Shown piece by piece: positions 26,203-39,699 of a stretch of DNA of 64,000 nucleotides. Each line of letters opens with the position of its first letter. Position 1 is the stretch's first letter. The stretch comes from Auanema rhodensis (taxonomy: Eukaryota > Animalia > Nematoda): contig OZ059895.1 in assembly GCA_964057225.1 (NCBI GenBank), positions 22,444,001 to 22,508,000 on the forward strand, in the 5' to 3' direction. The notes under the pieces were generated by a model. It made no database searches, was not told where the DNA came from, and was given only the letters and a program-made list of their open reading frames with translations. The translations under genes were made by a program, and so were the position numbers.

Positions 26203-29200
26203 TTATGCTAATTAAGTGTACACATGATGTGCACTTGGTATGTAACTCGCTTCACGTCAAAGGTAAAGAGATGCGGTTTTCAAAATTAGATTCCCCATGT
26301 CCATATTATTCTAAAAACAAATTTTTATTAATATTGGTGCATGGTAACCATGACTTTGAAATTTACGTGAACTTTAATTTATGCTAATTAAGTGTACACA
26401 TGATGTGCGCTTGGTATGTAACTCGCTTCACGTGAAAGATAAAGAGATGCGGTTTTCAAAATTAGATTCCTCACGTCCATACTAGTCTAAAAACGAATTT
26501 TTATTGATATTGATGCATGGTAACCATGACTTTGAAATTTACGTGAACTTTAATTTATGCTTATTAAGTGTACACGTGATGTGCACTTGGTATGTAACTT
26601 GCTTCACGTGAAAGATAAAGGGATGCGGTTTTCAAAATTAGATTCCCCATGTCCATATTAGTCTAAAAACAAATTTTTGTTGATATTGGTGGATGGTAAC
26701 CATGACTTTGTAATTTACGTGAACTTTAATTTATGGTAATTAAGTGTACACGTGATGTGCACTTGGTATGTAACTCGCTTCACGTGAAAGATAAAGAGAT
26801 GCGGTTTTCAAAATTAGATTCCTCATGTCCATATTAGTCTAAAAACGAATTTTTATTGATATTGATGCATGGTAACCATGACTTTGAAATTTACGTGAAC
26901 TTTAATTTATGCTTATTAAGTGTACACATGATGTGCGCTTGGTATGTAACTCGCTTCACGTGAAAGATAAAGAGATGCGGTTTTCAAAATTAGATTCCCC
27001 ATGTCCATATTAGTCTAAAAACAAATTTTTGTTGATATTGGTGGATGGTAACCATGACTTTGAAATTTACGTGAACTTTAATTTATGCTAATTAAGTGTA
27101 CACGTGATGTGCACTCGGTATGTAACTCGCTTCACGTGAAATATGAAGAGATGCGGTTTTCAAAATTAGATTCCCCATGTCCATATTAGTCTAAAAACAA
27201 ATTTTTATTGATATTGGTGCATGGCAACCATGACTTTAAAATTTACGTGAACTTTAATTTATGCTAATTAAGTGTACACATGATGTGCACTTGGTATGTA
27301 ACTCGCTTCACGTCAAAGATAAAGAGCTGCGGTTTTCAAAATTAGATTCCCCATGTCCATATTAGTCTAAAAACAAATTTTTATTAATATTGGTGCTTGG
27401 TAACCATGACTTTGAAATTTACGTGAACTTTAATTTATGCTAATTAAGTGAACACATGATGTGCACTTGGTATGTAACTCGCTTCACGTGAAAGATAGAG
27501 AGATGCGGTTTTCAAAATAGATTCCCCATGTCCATATTAGTCTAAAAACGAATTTTTATTGATATTGATTCATGGTAACCATGACTTTGAAAATTACGTG
27601 AACTTTAATTTATGCTTATTAAGTGTACACGTGATGTGCACTTGGTATGTAACTCGCTTCACGTCAAAGATAAAGGGATGCGGTTTTCAAAATTAGATTC
27701 CCCATGTCCATATTAGTCTAAAAACAAATTTTTATTAATATTGGTGCATGGTAACCATGACTTTGAAATTTACGTGAACTTTAATTTATGCTTATTAAGT
27801 GTACACGTGATGTGCACTTGGTATGTAACTCGCTTCACGTCAAAGATAAAGGGATGCGGTTTTCAAAATTAGATTCCCCATGTCCATATTAGTCTAAAAA
27901 CAAATTTTTATTAATATTGGTGCATGGTAACCATGACTTTGAAATTTACGTGAACTTTAATTTATGCTAATTAAGTGAACACATGATGTGCACTTGGTAT
28001 GTAACTCGCTTCACGTGAAAGATAGAGAGATGCGGTTTTCAAAATAAATTCCCCATGTCCATATTAGTCTAAAAACGAATTTTTATTGATATTGATTCAT
28101 GGTAACCATGACTTTGAAAATTACGTGAACTTTAATTTATGCTTATTAAGTGTACACGTGATGTGCACTTGGTATGTAACTCGCTTCACGTGAAAGATAA
28201 AGGGATGCGGTTTTCAAAATTAGATTCCCCATGTCTATATTAGTCTAAAAACAAATTTTTGTTGATATTGGTGGATGGTAACCATGACTTTGTAATTTAC
28301 GTGAACTTTAATTTATGCTAATTAAGTGTACACGTGATGTGCACTTGGTATGTAACTCGCTTCACGTGAAAGATAAAGAGATGCGGTTTTCAAAATTAGA
28401 TTCCTCATGTCCATATTAGTCTAAAAACGAATTTTTATTGATATTGATGCATGGTAACCATGACTTTGAAATTTACGTGAACTTTAATTTATGCTTATTA
28501 AGTGTACACATGATGTGCGCTTGGTATGTAACTCGCTTCACGTGAAAGATAAAGAGATGCGGTTTTCAAAATTAGATTCCCCATGTCCATATTAGTCTAA
28601 AAACAAATTTTTGTTGATATTGGTGGATGGTAACCATGACTTTGAAATTTACGTGAACTTTAATTTATGCTAATTAAGTGTACACGTGATGTGCACTCGG
28701 TATGTAACTCGCTTCACGTGAAATATGAAAAGATGCGGTTTTCAAAATTAGATTCCCCATGTCCATATTAGTCTAAAAACAAATTTTTATTGATATTGGT
28801 GCATGGCAATCATGACTTTAAAATTTACGTGAACTTTAATTTATGCTAATTAAGTGAACACATGATGTGCACTTGGTATGTAACTCGCTTCACGTGAAAG
28901 ATAAAGAGATGCGGTTTTCAAAATTAGATTCCCCATGTCCATATTAGTCTAAAAACAAATTTTTATTGATATTGGTGCATGGCAATCATGACTTTAAAAT
29001 TTACGTGAACTTTAATTTATGCTAATTAAGTGTACACATGATGTGCACTTGGTATGTAACTCGCTTCACGTCAAAGATAAAGAGATGCGGTTTTCAAAAT
29101 TAGATTCCCCATGTCCATATTAGTCTAAAAACAAATTTTTATTAATATTGGTGCTTGGTAACCATGACTTTGAAATTTACGTGAACTTTAATTTATGCTA

Positions 29201-29719
29201 ATTAAGTGAACACATGATGTGCACTTGGTATGTAACTCGCTTCACGTGAAAGATAGAGAGATGCGGTTTTCAAAATAGATTCCCCATGTCCATATTAGTC
29301 TAAAAACGAATTTTTATTGATATTGATTCATGGTAACCATGACTTTGAAAATTACGTGAACTTTAATTTATGCTTATTAAGTGTACACGTGATGTGCACT
29401 TGGTATGTAACTCGCTTCACGTCAAAGATAAAGGGATGCGGTTTTCAAAATTAGATTCCCCATGTCCATATTAGTCTAAAAACAAATTTTTATGAATATT
29501 GGTGCATGGTAACCATGACTTTGAAATTTACGTGAACTTTAATTTATGCTAATTAAGTGTACACATGATGTGCACTTGGTATGTAACTCGCTTCACGTCA
29601 AAGATAAAGAGATGCGGTTTTCAAAATTAGATTCCCCATCGCTATATTAGTCTAAAAACAAATTTTTGTTGATATTGGTGGATGGTAACCATGACTTTGA
29701 AATTTACGTGAACTTTAAT

Positions 29720-32700
29720 TTATGCTAATTAAGTGTACACATGATGTGCGCTTGGTATGTAACTTGCTTCACGTGAAAGATAAAGGGATGCGGTTTTCAA
29801 AATTAGATTCCCCATGTCCATATTAGTCTAAAAACAAATTTTTGTTGATATTGGTGCATGGCAACCATGACTTTAAAATTTACGTGAACTTTAATTTATG
29901 CTAATTAAGTGTACACATGATGTGCACTTGGTATGTAATACGCTTCACGTGAAAGATAAAGAGATGCGGTTTTCAAAATTAGATTCCCCATTTCCATATT
30001 AGTCTAAAAACAATATTTTATTGATATTGGTGCATGGCAACCATGACTTTAAAATTTACGTGAACTTTAATTTATGCTAATTAAGTGTACACATGATGTG
30101 CACTTGGTATGTAACTCGCTTCACGTCAAAGATAAAGAGATGCGGTTTTCAAAATTAGATTTCCCATGTCCATATTAGTCTAAAAACAAATTTTTGTTGA
30201 TATTGGTGGATGGTAACCATGACTTTGAAATTTACGTGAACTTTAATTTATGCTAATTAAGTGTACACATGATGTGCGCTTGGTATGTAACTTGCTTCAC
30301 GTGAAAGATAAAGGGATGCGGTTTTCAAAATTAGATTCCCCATGTCCATATTAGTCTAAAAACAAATTTTTGTTGATATTGGTGCATGGCAACCATGACT
30401 TTAAAATTTACGTGAACTTTAATTTATGCTAATTAAGTGTACACATGATGTGCACTTGGTATGTAACTCGCTTCACGTGAAAGATAAAGAGATGCAGTTT
30501 TCAAAATTAGATTCCCCATGTCCATATTAGTCTAAAAACAAATTTTGGTTGATATTGGTGAATGGTAACCATGACTTTGAAATTTACGTGAACTTTAATT
30601 TATGCTAATTAAGTGTACACATGATGTGCGCTTGGTATGTAACTCGCTTCACGTGAAAGATAAAGAGATGCGGTTTTCAAAATTAGATTCCTCATGTCCA
30701 TACTAGTCTAAAAACGAATTTTTATTGATATTGATGCATGGTAACCATGACTTTGAAATTTACGTGAACTTTAATTTATGCTTATTAAGTGTACACGTGA
30801 TGTGCACTTGGTATGTAACTTGCTTCACGTGAAAGATAAAGGGATGCGGTTTTCAAAATTAGATTCCCCATGTCCATATTAGTCTAAAAACAAATTTTTG
30901 TTGATATTGGTGGATGGTAACCATGACTTTGTAATTTACGTGAACTTTAATTTATGCTAATTAAGTGTACACGTGATGTGCACTTGGTATGTAACTCGCT
31001 TCACGTGAAAGATAAAGAGATGCGGTTTTCAAAATTAGATTCCTCATGTCCATATTAGTCTAAAAACGAATTTTTATTGATATTGATGCATGGTAACCAT
31101 GACTTTGAAATTTACGTGAACTTTAATTTATGCTTATTAAGTGTACACATGATGTGCGCTTGGTATGTAACTCGCTTCAAGTGAAAGATAAAGAGATGCG
31201 GTTTTCAAAATTAGATTCCCCATGTCCATATTAGTCTAAAAACAAATTTTTGTTGATATTGGTGGATGGTAACCATGACTTTGAAATTTACGTGAACTTT
31301 AATTTATGCTAATTAAGTGTACACGTGATGTGCACTCGGTATGTAACTCGCTTCACGTGAAATATGAAGAGATGCGGTTTTCAAAATTAGATTCCCCATG
31401 TCCATATTAGTCTAAAAACAAATTCTTATTGATATTGGTGCATGGCAACCATGACTTTAAAATTTACGTGAACTTTAATTTATGCTAATTAAGTGTACAC
31501 ATGATGTGCACTTGGTATGTAACTCGCTTCACGTCAAAGATAAAGAGCTGCGGTTTTCAAAATTAGATTCCCCATGTCCATATTAGTCTAAAAACAAATT
31601 TTTATTAATATTGGTGCTTGGTAACCATGACTTTGAAATTTACGTGAACTTTAATTTATGCTAATTAAGTGAACACATGATGTGCACTTGGTATGTAACT
31701 CGCTTCACGTGAAAGATAGAGAGATGCGGTTTTCAAAATAGATTCTCCATGTCCATATTAGTCTAAAAACGAATTTTTATTGATATTGATTCATGGTAAC
31801 CATGACTTTGAAAATTACGTGAACTTTAATTTATGCTTATTAAGTGTACACGTGATGTGCACTTGGTATGTAACTCGCTTCACGTCAAAGATAAAGGGAT
31901 GCGGTTTTCAAAATTAGATTCCCCATGTCCATATTAGTCTAAAAACAAATTTTTATTAATATTGGTGCATGGTAACCATGACTTTGAAATTTACGTGAAC
32001 TTTAATTTATGCTAATTAAGTGAACACATGATGTGCACTTGGTATGTAACTCGCTTCACGTGAAAGATAGAGAGATGCGGTTTTCAAAATAAATTCCCCA
32101 TGTCCATATTAGTCTAAAAACGAATTTTTGTTCATATTGATTCATGGTAACCATGACTTTGAAAATTACGTGAACTTTAATTTATGCTTATTAAGTGTAC
32201 ACGTGATGTGCACTTGGTATGTAACTCGCTTCACGTGAAAGATAAAGGGATGCGGTTTTCAAAATTAGATTCCCCATGTCCATATTAGTCTAAAAACAAA
32301 TTTTTGTTGATATTGGTGGATTGTAACCATGACTTTGTAATTTACGTGAACTTTAATTTATGCTAATTAAGTGTACACGTGATGTGCACTTGGTATGTAA
32401 CTCGCTTCACGTGAAAGATAAAGAGATGCGGTTTTCAAAATTAGATTCCTCATGTCCATATTAGTCTAAAAACGAATTTTTATTGATATTGATGCATGGT
32501 AACCATGACTTTGAAATTTACGTGAACTTTAATTTATGCTTATTAAGTGTACACATGATGTGCGCTTGGTATGTAACTCGCTTCACGTGAAAGATAAAGA
32601 GATGCGGTTTTCAAAATTAGATTCCCCATGTCCATATTAGTCTAAAAACAAATTTTTGTTGATATTGGTGGATGGTAACCATGACTTTGAAATTTACGTG

Positions 32701-35699
32701 AACTTTAATTTATGCTAATTAAGTGTACACATGATGTGCGCTTGGTATGTAACTTGCTTCACGTGAAAGATAAAGGGATGCGGTTTTCAAAATTAGATTC
32801 CCCATGTCCATATTAGTCTAAAAACAAATTTTTGTTGATATTGGTGCATGGCAACCATGACTTTAAAATTTACGTGAACTTTAATTTATGCTAATTAAGT
32901 GTACACATGATGTGCACTTGGTATGTAACTCGCTTCACGTGAAAGATAAAGAGATGCGGTTTTCAAAATTAGATTCCCCATTTCCATATTAGTCTAAAAA
33001 CAATATTTTATTGATATTGGTGCATGGCAACCATGACTTTAAAATTTACGTGAACTTTAATTTATGCTAATTAAGTGTACACATGATGTGCACTTGGTAT
33101 GTAACTCGCTTCACGTCAAAGATAAAGAGATGCGGTTTTCAAAATTAGATTTCCCATGTCCATATTAGTCTAAAAACAAATTTTTGTTGATATTGGTGGA
33201 TGGTAACCATGACTTTGAAATTTACGTGAACTTTAATTTATGCTAATTAAGTGTACACATGATGTGCGCTTGGTATGTAACTTGCTTCACGTGAAAGATA
33301 AAGGGATGCGGTTTTCAAAATTAGATTCCCCATGTCCATATTAGTCTAAAAACAAATTTTTGTTGATATTGGTGCATGGCAACCATGACTTTAAAATTTA
33401 CGTGAACTTTAATTTATGCTAATTAAGTGTACACATGATGTGCACTTGGTATGTAACTCGCTTCACGTGAAAGATAAAGAGATGCAGTTTTCAAAATTAG
33501 ATTCCCCATGTCCATATTAGTCTAAAAACAAATTTTGGTTGATATTGGTGAATGGTAACCATGACTTTGAAATTTACGTGAACTTTAATTTATGCTAATT
33601 AAGTGTACACATGATGTGCGCTTGGTATGTAACTCGCTTCACGTGAAAGATAAAGAGATGCGGTTTTCAAAATTAGATTCCTCATGTCCATACTAGTCTA
33701 AAAACGAATTTTTATTGATATTGATGCATGGTAACCATGACTTTGAAATTTACGTGAACTTTAATTTATGCTTATTAAGTGTACACGTGATGTGCACTTG
33801 GTATGTAACTTGCTTCACGTGAAAGATAAAGGGATGCGGTTTTCAAAATTAGATTCCCCATGTCCATATTAGTCTAAAAACAAATTTTTGTTGATATTGG
33901 TGGATGGTAACCATGACTTTGTAATTTACGTGAACTTTAATTTATGCTAATTAAGTGTACACGTGATGTGCACTTGGTATGTAACTCGCTTCACGTGAAA
34001 GATAAAGAGATGCGGTTTTCAAAATTAGATTCCTCATGTCCATATTAGTCTAAAAACGAATTTTTATTGATATTGATGCATGGTAACCATGACTTTGAAA
34101 TTTACGTGAACTTTAATTTATGCTTATTAAGTGTACACATGATGTGCGCTTGGTATGTAACTCGCTTCAAGTGAAAGATAAAGAGATGCGGTTTTCAAAA
34201 TTAGATTCCCCATGTCCATATTAGTCTAAAAACAAATTTTTGTTGATATTGGTGGATGGTAACCATGACTTTGAAATTTACGTGAACTTTAATTTATGCT
34301 AATTAAGTGTACACGTGATGTGCACTCGGTATGTAACTCGCTTCACGTGAAATATGAAGAGATGCGGTTTTCAAAATTAGATTCCCCATGTCCATATTAG
34401 TCTAAAAACAAATTCTTATTGATATTGGTGCATGGCAACCATGACTTTAAAATTTACGTGAACTTTAATTTATGCTAATTAAGTGTACACATGATGTGCA
34501 CTTGGTATGTAACTCGCTTCACGTCAAAGATAAAGAGCTGCGGTTTTCAAAATTAGATTCCCCATGTCCATATTAGTCTAAAAACAAATTTTTATTAATA
34601 TTGGTGCTTGGTAACCATGACTTTGAAATTTACGTGAACTTTAATTTATGCTAATTAAGTGAACACATGATGTGCACTTGGTATGTAACTCGCTTCACGT
34701 GAAAGATAGAGAGATGCGGTTTTCAAAATAGATTCCCCATGTCCATATTAGTCTAAAAACGAATTTTTATTGATATTGATTCATGGTAACCATGACTTTG
34801 AAAATTACGTGAACTTTAATTTATGCTTATTAAGTGTACACGTGATGTGCACTTGGTATGTAACTCGCTTCACGTCAAAGATAAAGGGATGCGGTTTTCA
34901 AAATTAGATTCCCCATGTCCATATTAGTCTAAAAACAAATTTTTATTAATATTGGTGCATGGTAACCATGACTTTGAAATTTACGTGAACTTTAATTTAT
35001 GCTAATTAAGTGAACACATGATGTGCACTTGGTATGTAACTCGCTTCACGTGAAAGATAGAGAGATGCGGTTTTCAAAATAAATTCCCCATGTCCATATT
35101 AGTCTAAAAACGAATTTTTGTTGATATTGATTCATGGTAACCATGACTTTGAAAATTACGTGAACTTTAATTTATGCTTATTAAGTGTACACGTGATGTG
35201 CACTTGGTATGTAACTCGCTTCACGTGAAAGATAAAGGGATGCGGTTTTCAAAATTAGATTCCCCATGTCCATATTAGTCTAAAAACAAATTTTTGTTGA
35301 TATTGGTGGATTGTAACCATGACTTTGTAATTTACGTGAACTTTAATTTATGCTAATTAAGTGTACACGTGATGTGCACTTGGTATGTAACTCGCTTCAC
35401 GTGAAAGATAAAGAGATGCGGTTTTCAAAATTAGATTCCTCATGTCCATATTAGTCTAAAAACGAATTTTTATTGATATTGATGCATGGTAACCATGACT
35501 TTGAAATTTACGTGAACTTTAATTTATGCTTATTAAGTGTACACATGATGTGCGCTTGGTATGTAACTCGCTTCACGTGAAAGATAAAGAGATGCGGTTT
35601 TCAAAATTAGATTCCCCATGTCCATATTAGTCTAAAAACAAATTTTTGTTGATATTGGTGGATGGTAACCATGACTTTGAAATTTACGTGAACTTTAAT
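29720..35699 (+). repeat. Recent tandem duplication of a 17-monomer block (2 x 2990 bp)
   Basis: Rare SNPs are paired at a 2990-bp offset: TTCCCATG 30161/33151, AATTTTGGTT 30541/33531, CTTCAAGTG about 31175/34165, AATTCTTATT 31421/34411, GAGCTG about 31545/34535, TTGTAACC 32321/35311. Confidence 0.92.
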
Positions 35700-38600
35700 T
35701 TATGCTAATTAAGTGTACACGTGATGTGCACTCGGTATGTAACTCGCTTCACGTGAAATATGAAGAGATGCGGTTTTCAAAATTAGATTCCCCATGTCCA
35801 TATTAGTCTAAAAACAAATTTTTATTGATATTGGTGCATGGCAATCATGACTTTAAAATTTACGTGAACTTTAATTTATGCTAATTAAGTGTACACATGA
35901 TGTGCACTTGGTATGTAACTCGCTTCACGTCAAAGATAAAGAGATGCGGTTTTCAAAATTAGATTCCCCATGTCCATATTAGTCTAAAAACAAATTTTTA
36001 TTAATATTGGTGCTTGGTAACCATGACTTTGAAATTTACGTGAACTTTAATTTATGCTAATTAAGTGAACACATGATGTGCACTTGGTATGTAACTCGCT
36101 TCACGTGAAAGATAGAGAGATGCGGTTTTCAAAATAGATTCCCCATGTCCATATTAGTCTAAAAACGAATTTTTATTGATATTGATTCATGGTAACCATG
36201 ACTTTGAAAATTACGTGAACTTTAATTTATGCTTATTAAGTGTACACGTGATGTGCACTTGGTATGTAACTCGCTTCACGTCAAAGATAAAGGGATGCGG
36301 TTTTCAAAATTAGATTCCCCATGTCCATATTAGTCTAAAAACAAATTTTTGTTGATATTGGTGGATGGTAACCATGACTTTGAAATTTACGTGAACTTTA
36401 ATTTATGCTAATTAAGTGTACACATGATGTGCGCTTGGTATATAACTTGCTTCACGTGAAAGATAAAGGGATGCGGTTTTCAAAATTAGATTCCCCATGT
36501 CCATATTAGTCTAAAAACAAATTTTTGTTGATATTGGTGCATGGCAACCATGACTTTAAAATTTACGTGAACTTTAATTTATGCTAATTAAGTGTACACA
36601 TGATGTGCACTTGGTATGTAACTCGCTTCACGTGAAAGATAAAGAGATGCAGTTTTCAAAATTAGATTCCCCATGTCCATATTAGTCTAATAACAAATTT
36701 TTGTTGATATTGGTGAATGGTAACCATGACTTTGAAATTTACGTGAACTTTAATTTATGCTAATTAAGTGTACACATGATGTGCGCTTGGTATGTAACTT
36801 GCTTCACGTGAAAGATAAAGGGATGCGGTTTTCAAAATTAGATTCCCCATGTCCATATTAGTCTAAAAACAAATTTTTGTTGATATTGGTGCATGGCAAC
36901 CATGACTTTAAAATTTACGTGAACTTTAATTTATGCTAATTAAGTGTACACATGATGTGCACTTGGTATGTAACTCGCTTCACGTCAAAGATAAAGAGAT
37001 GCGGTTTTCAAAATTAGATTCCCCATGTCCATATTAGTCTAAAAACAAATTTTTGTTGATATTGGTGGATGGTAACCATGACTTTGTAATTTACGTGAAC
37101 TTTAATTTATGCTAATTAAGTGTACACATGATGTGCGCTTGGTATGTAACTCGCTTCACGTGAAAGATAAAGAGATGCGGTTTTCAAAATTAGATTCCCC
37201 ATTTCCATATTAGTCTAAAAACAATATTTTATTGATATTGGTGCATGGCAACCATGACTTTAAAATTTACGTGAACTTTAATTTATGCTAATTAAGTGTA
37301 CACATGATGTGCACTTGGTATGTAACTCGCTTCACGTCAAAGATAAAGAGATGCGGTTTTCAAAATTAGATTCCCCATGTCCATATTAGTCTAAAAACAA
37401 ATTTTTATTAATATTGGTGCATGGTAACCATGACTTTGAAATTTACGTGAACTTTAATTTATGCTAATTAAGTGTACACATGATGTGCGCTTGGTATGTA
37501 ACTCGCTTCACGTGAAAGATAAAGAGATGCGGTTTTCAAAATTAGATTCCTCATGTCCATACTAGTCTAAAAACGAATTTTTATTGATATTGATGCATGG
37601 TAACCATGACTTTGAAATTTACGTGAACTTTAATTTATGCTTATTAAGTGTACACGTGATGTGCACTTGGTATGTAACTTGCTTCACGTGAAAGATAAAG
37701 GGATACGGTTTTCAAAATTAGATTCCCCATGTCCATATTAGTCTAAAAACAAATTTTTGTTGATATTGGTGGATGGTAACCACGACTTTGTAATTTACGT
37801 GAACTTTAATTTCTGCTAATTAAGTGTACACGTGATGTGCACTTGGTATGTAACTTGCTTCACGTGAAAGATAAAGGGATGCGGTTTTCAAAATTAGATT
37901 CCCCATTTCCATATTAGTCTAAAAACAATATTTTATTGATATTGGTGCATGGCAACCATGACTTTAAAATTTACGTGAACTTTAATTTATGCTAATTAAG
38001 TGTACACATGATGTGCACTTGGTATGTAACTCGCTTCACGTCAAAGATAAAGAGATGCGGTTTTCAAAATTAGATTCCCCATGTCCATATTAGTCTAAAA
38101 ACAAATTTTTATTAATATTGGTGCATGGTAACCATGACTTTGAAATTTACGTGAACTTTAATTTATGCTAATTAAGTGTACACATGAAGTGCGCTTGGTA
38201 TGTAACTCGCTTCACGTGAAAGATAAAGAGATGCGGTTTTCAAAATTAGATTCCTCATGTCCATACTAGTCTAAAAACGAATTTTTATTGATATTGATGC
38301 ATGGTAACCATGACTTTGAAATTTACGTGAACTTTAATTTATGCTTATTAAGTGTACACGTGATGTGCACTTGGTATGTAACTCGCTTCACGTGAAAGAT
38401 AAAGGGATGCGGTTTTCAAAATTAGATTCCCCATGTCCATATTAGTCTAAAAACAAATTTTTGTTGATATTGGTGGATGGTAACCATGACTTTGTAATTT
38501 ACGTGAACTTTAATTTATGCTAATTAAGTGTACACGTGATGTGCACTTGGTATGTAACTCGCTTCACGTGAAAGATAAAGAGATGCGGTTTTCAAAATTA

Positions 38601-39699
38601 GATTCCTCATGTCCATATTAGTCTAAAAACGAATTTTTATTGATATTGATGCATGGTAACCATGACTTTGAAATTTACGTGAACTTTAATTTATGCTTAT
38701 TAAGTGTACACATGATGTGCGCTTGGTATGTAACTCGCTTCACGTGAAAGATAAAGAGATGCGGTTTTCAAAATTAGATTCCCCATGTCCATATTAGTCT
38801 AAAAACAAATTTTTGTTGATATTGGTGGATGGTAACCATGACTTTGTAATTTACGTGAACTTTAATTTATGCTAATTAAGTGTACACGTGATGTGCACTT
38901 GGTATGTAACTCGCTTCACGTGAAAGATAAAGAGATGCGGTTTTCAAAATTAGATTCCCCATGTCCATATTAGTCTAAAAACAAATTTTTATTGATATTG
39001 GTGCATGGCAATCATGACTTTAAAATTTACGTGAACTTTAATTTATGCTAATTAAGTGTACACATGATGTGCACTTGGTATGTAACTCGCTTCACGTCAA
39101 AGATAAAGAGATGCGGTTTTCAAAATTAGATTCCCCATGTCCATATTAGTCTAAAAACAAATTTTTATTAATATTGGTGCTTGGTAACCATGACTTTGAA
39201 ATTTACGTGAACTTTAATTTATGCTAATTAAGTGAACACATGATGTGCACTTGGTATGTAACTCGCTTCACGTGAAAGATAGAGAGATGCGGTTTTCAAA
39301 ATAGATTCCCCATGTCCATATTAGTCTAAAAACGAATTTTTATTGATATTGATTCATGGTAACCATGACTTTGAAAATTACGTGAACTTTAATTTATGCT
39401 TATTAAGTGTACACGTGATGTGCACTTGGTATGTAACTCGCTTCACGTCAAAGATAAAGGGATGCGGTTTTCAAAATTAGATTCCCCATGTCCATATTAG
39501 TCTAAAAACAAATTTTTATGAATATTGGTGCATGGTAACCATGACTTTGAAATTTACGTGAACTTTAATTTATGCTAATTAAGTGTACACATGATGTGCA
39601 CTTGGTATGTAACTCGCTTCACGTCAAAGATAAAGAGATGCGGTTTTCAAAATTAGATTCCCCATCGCTATATTAGTCTAAAAACAAATTTTTGTTGAT

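Noticed and set aside
18814-26387. Six 60-aa ORFs as protein-coding genes
   Set aside because: Each is one satellite monomer with its internal TAG mutated. There is no promoter or gene context and no recognisable domain, and their spacing simply follows the HOR period.
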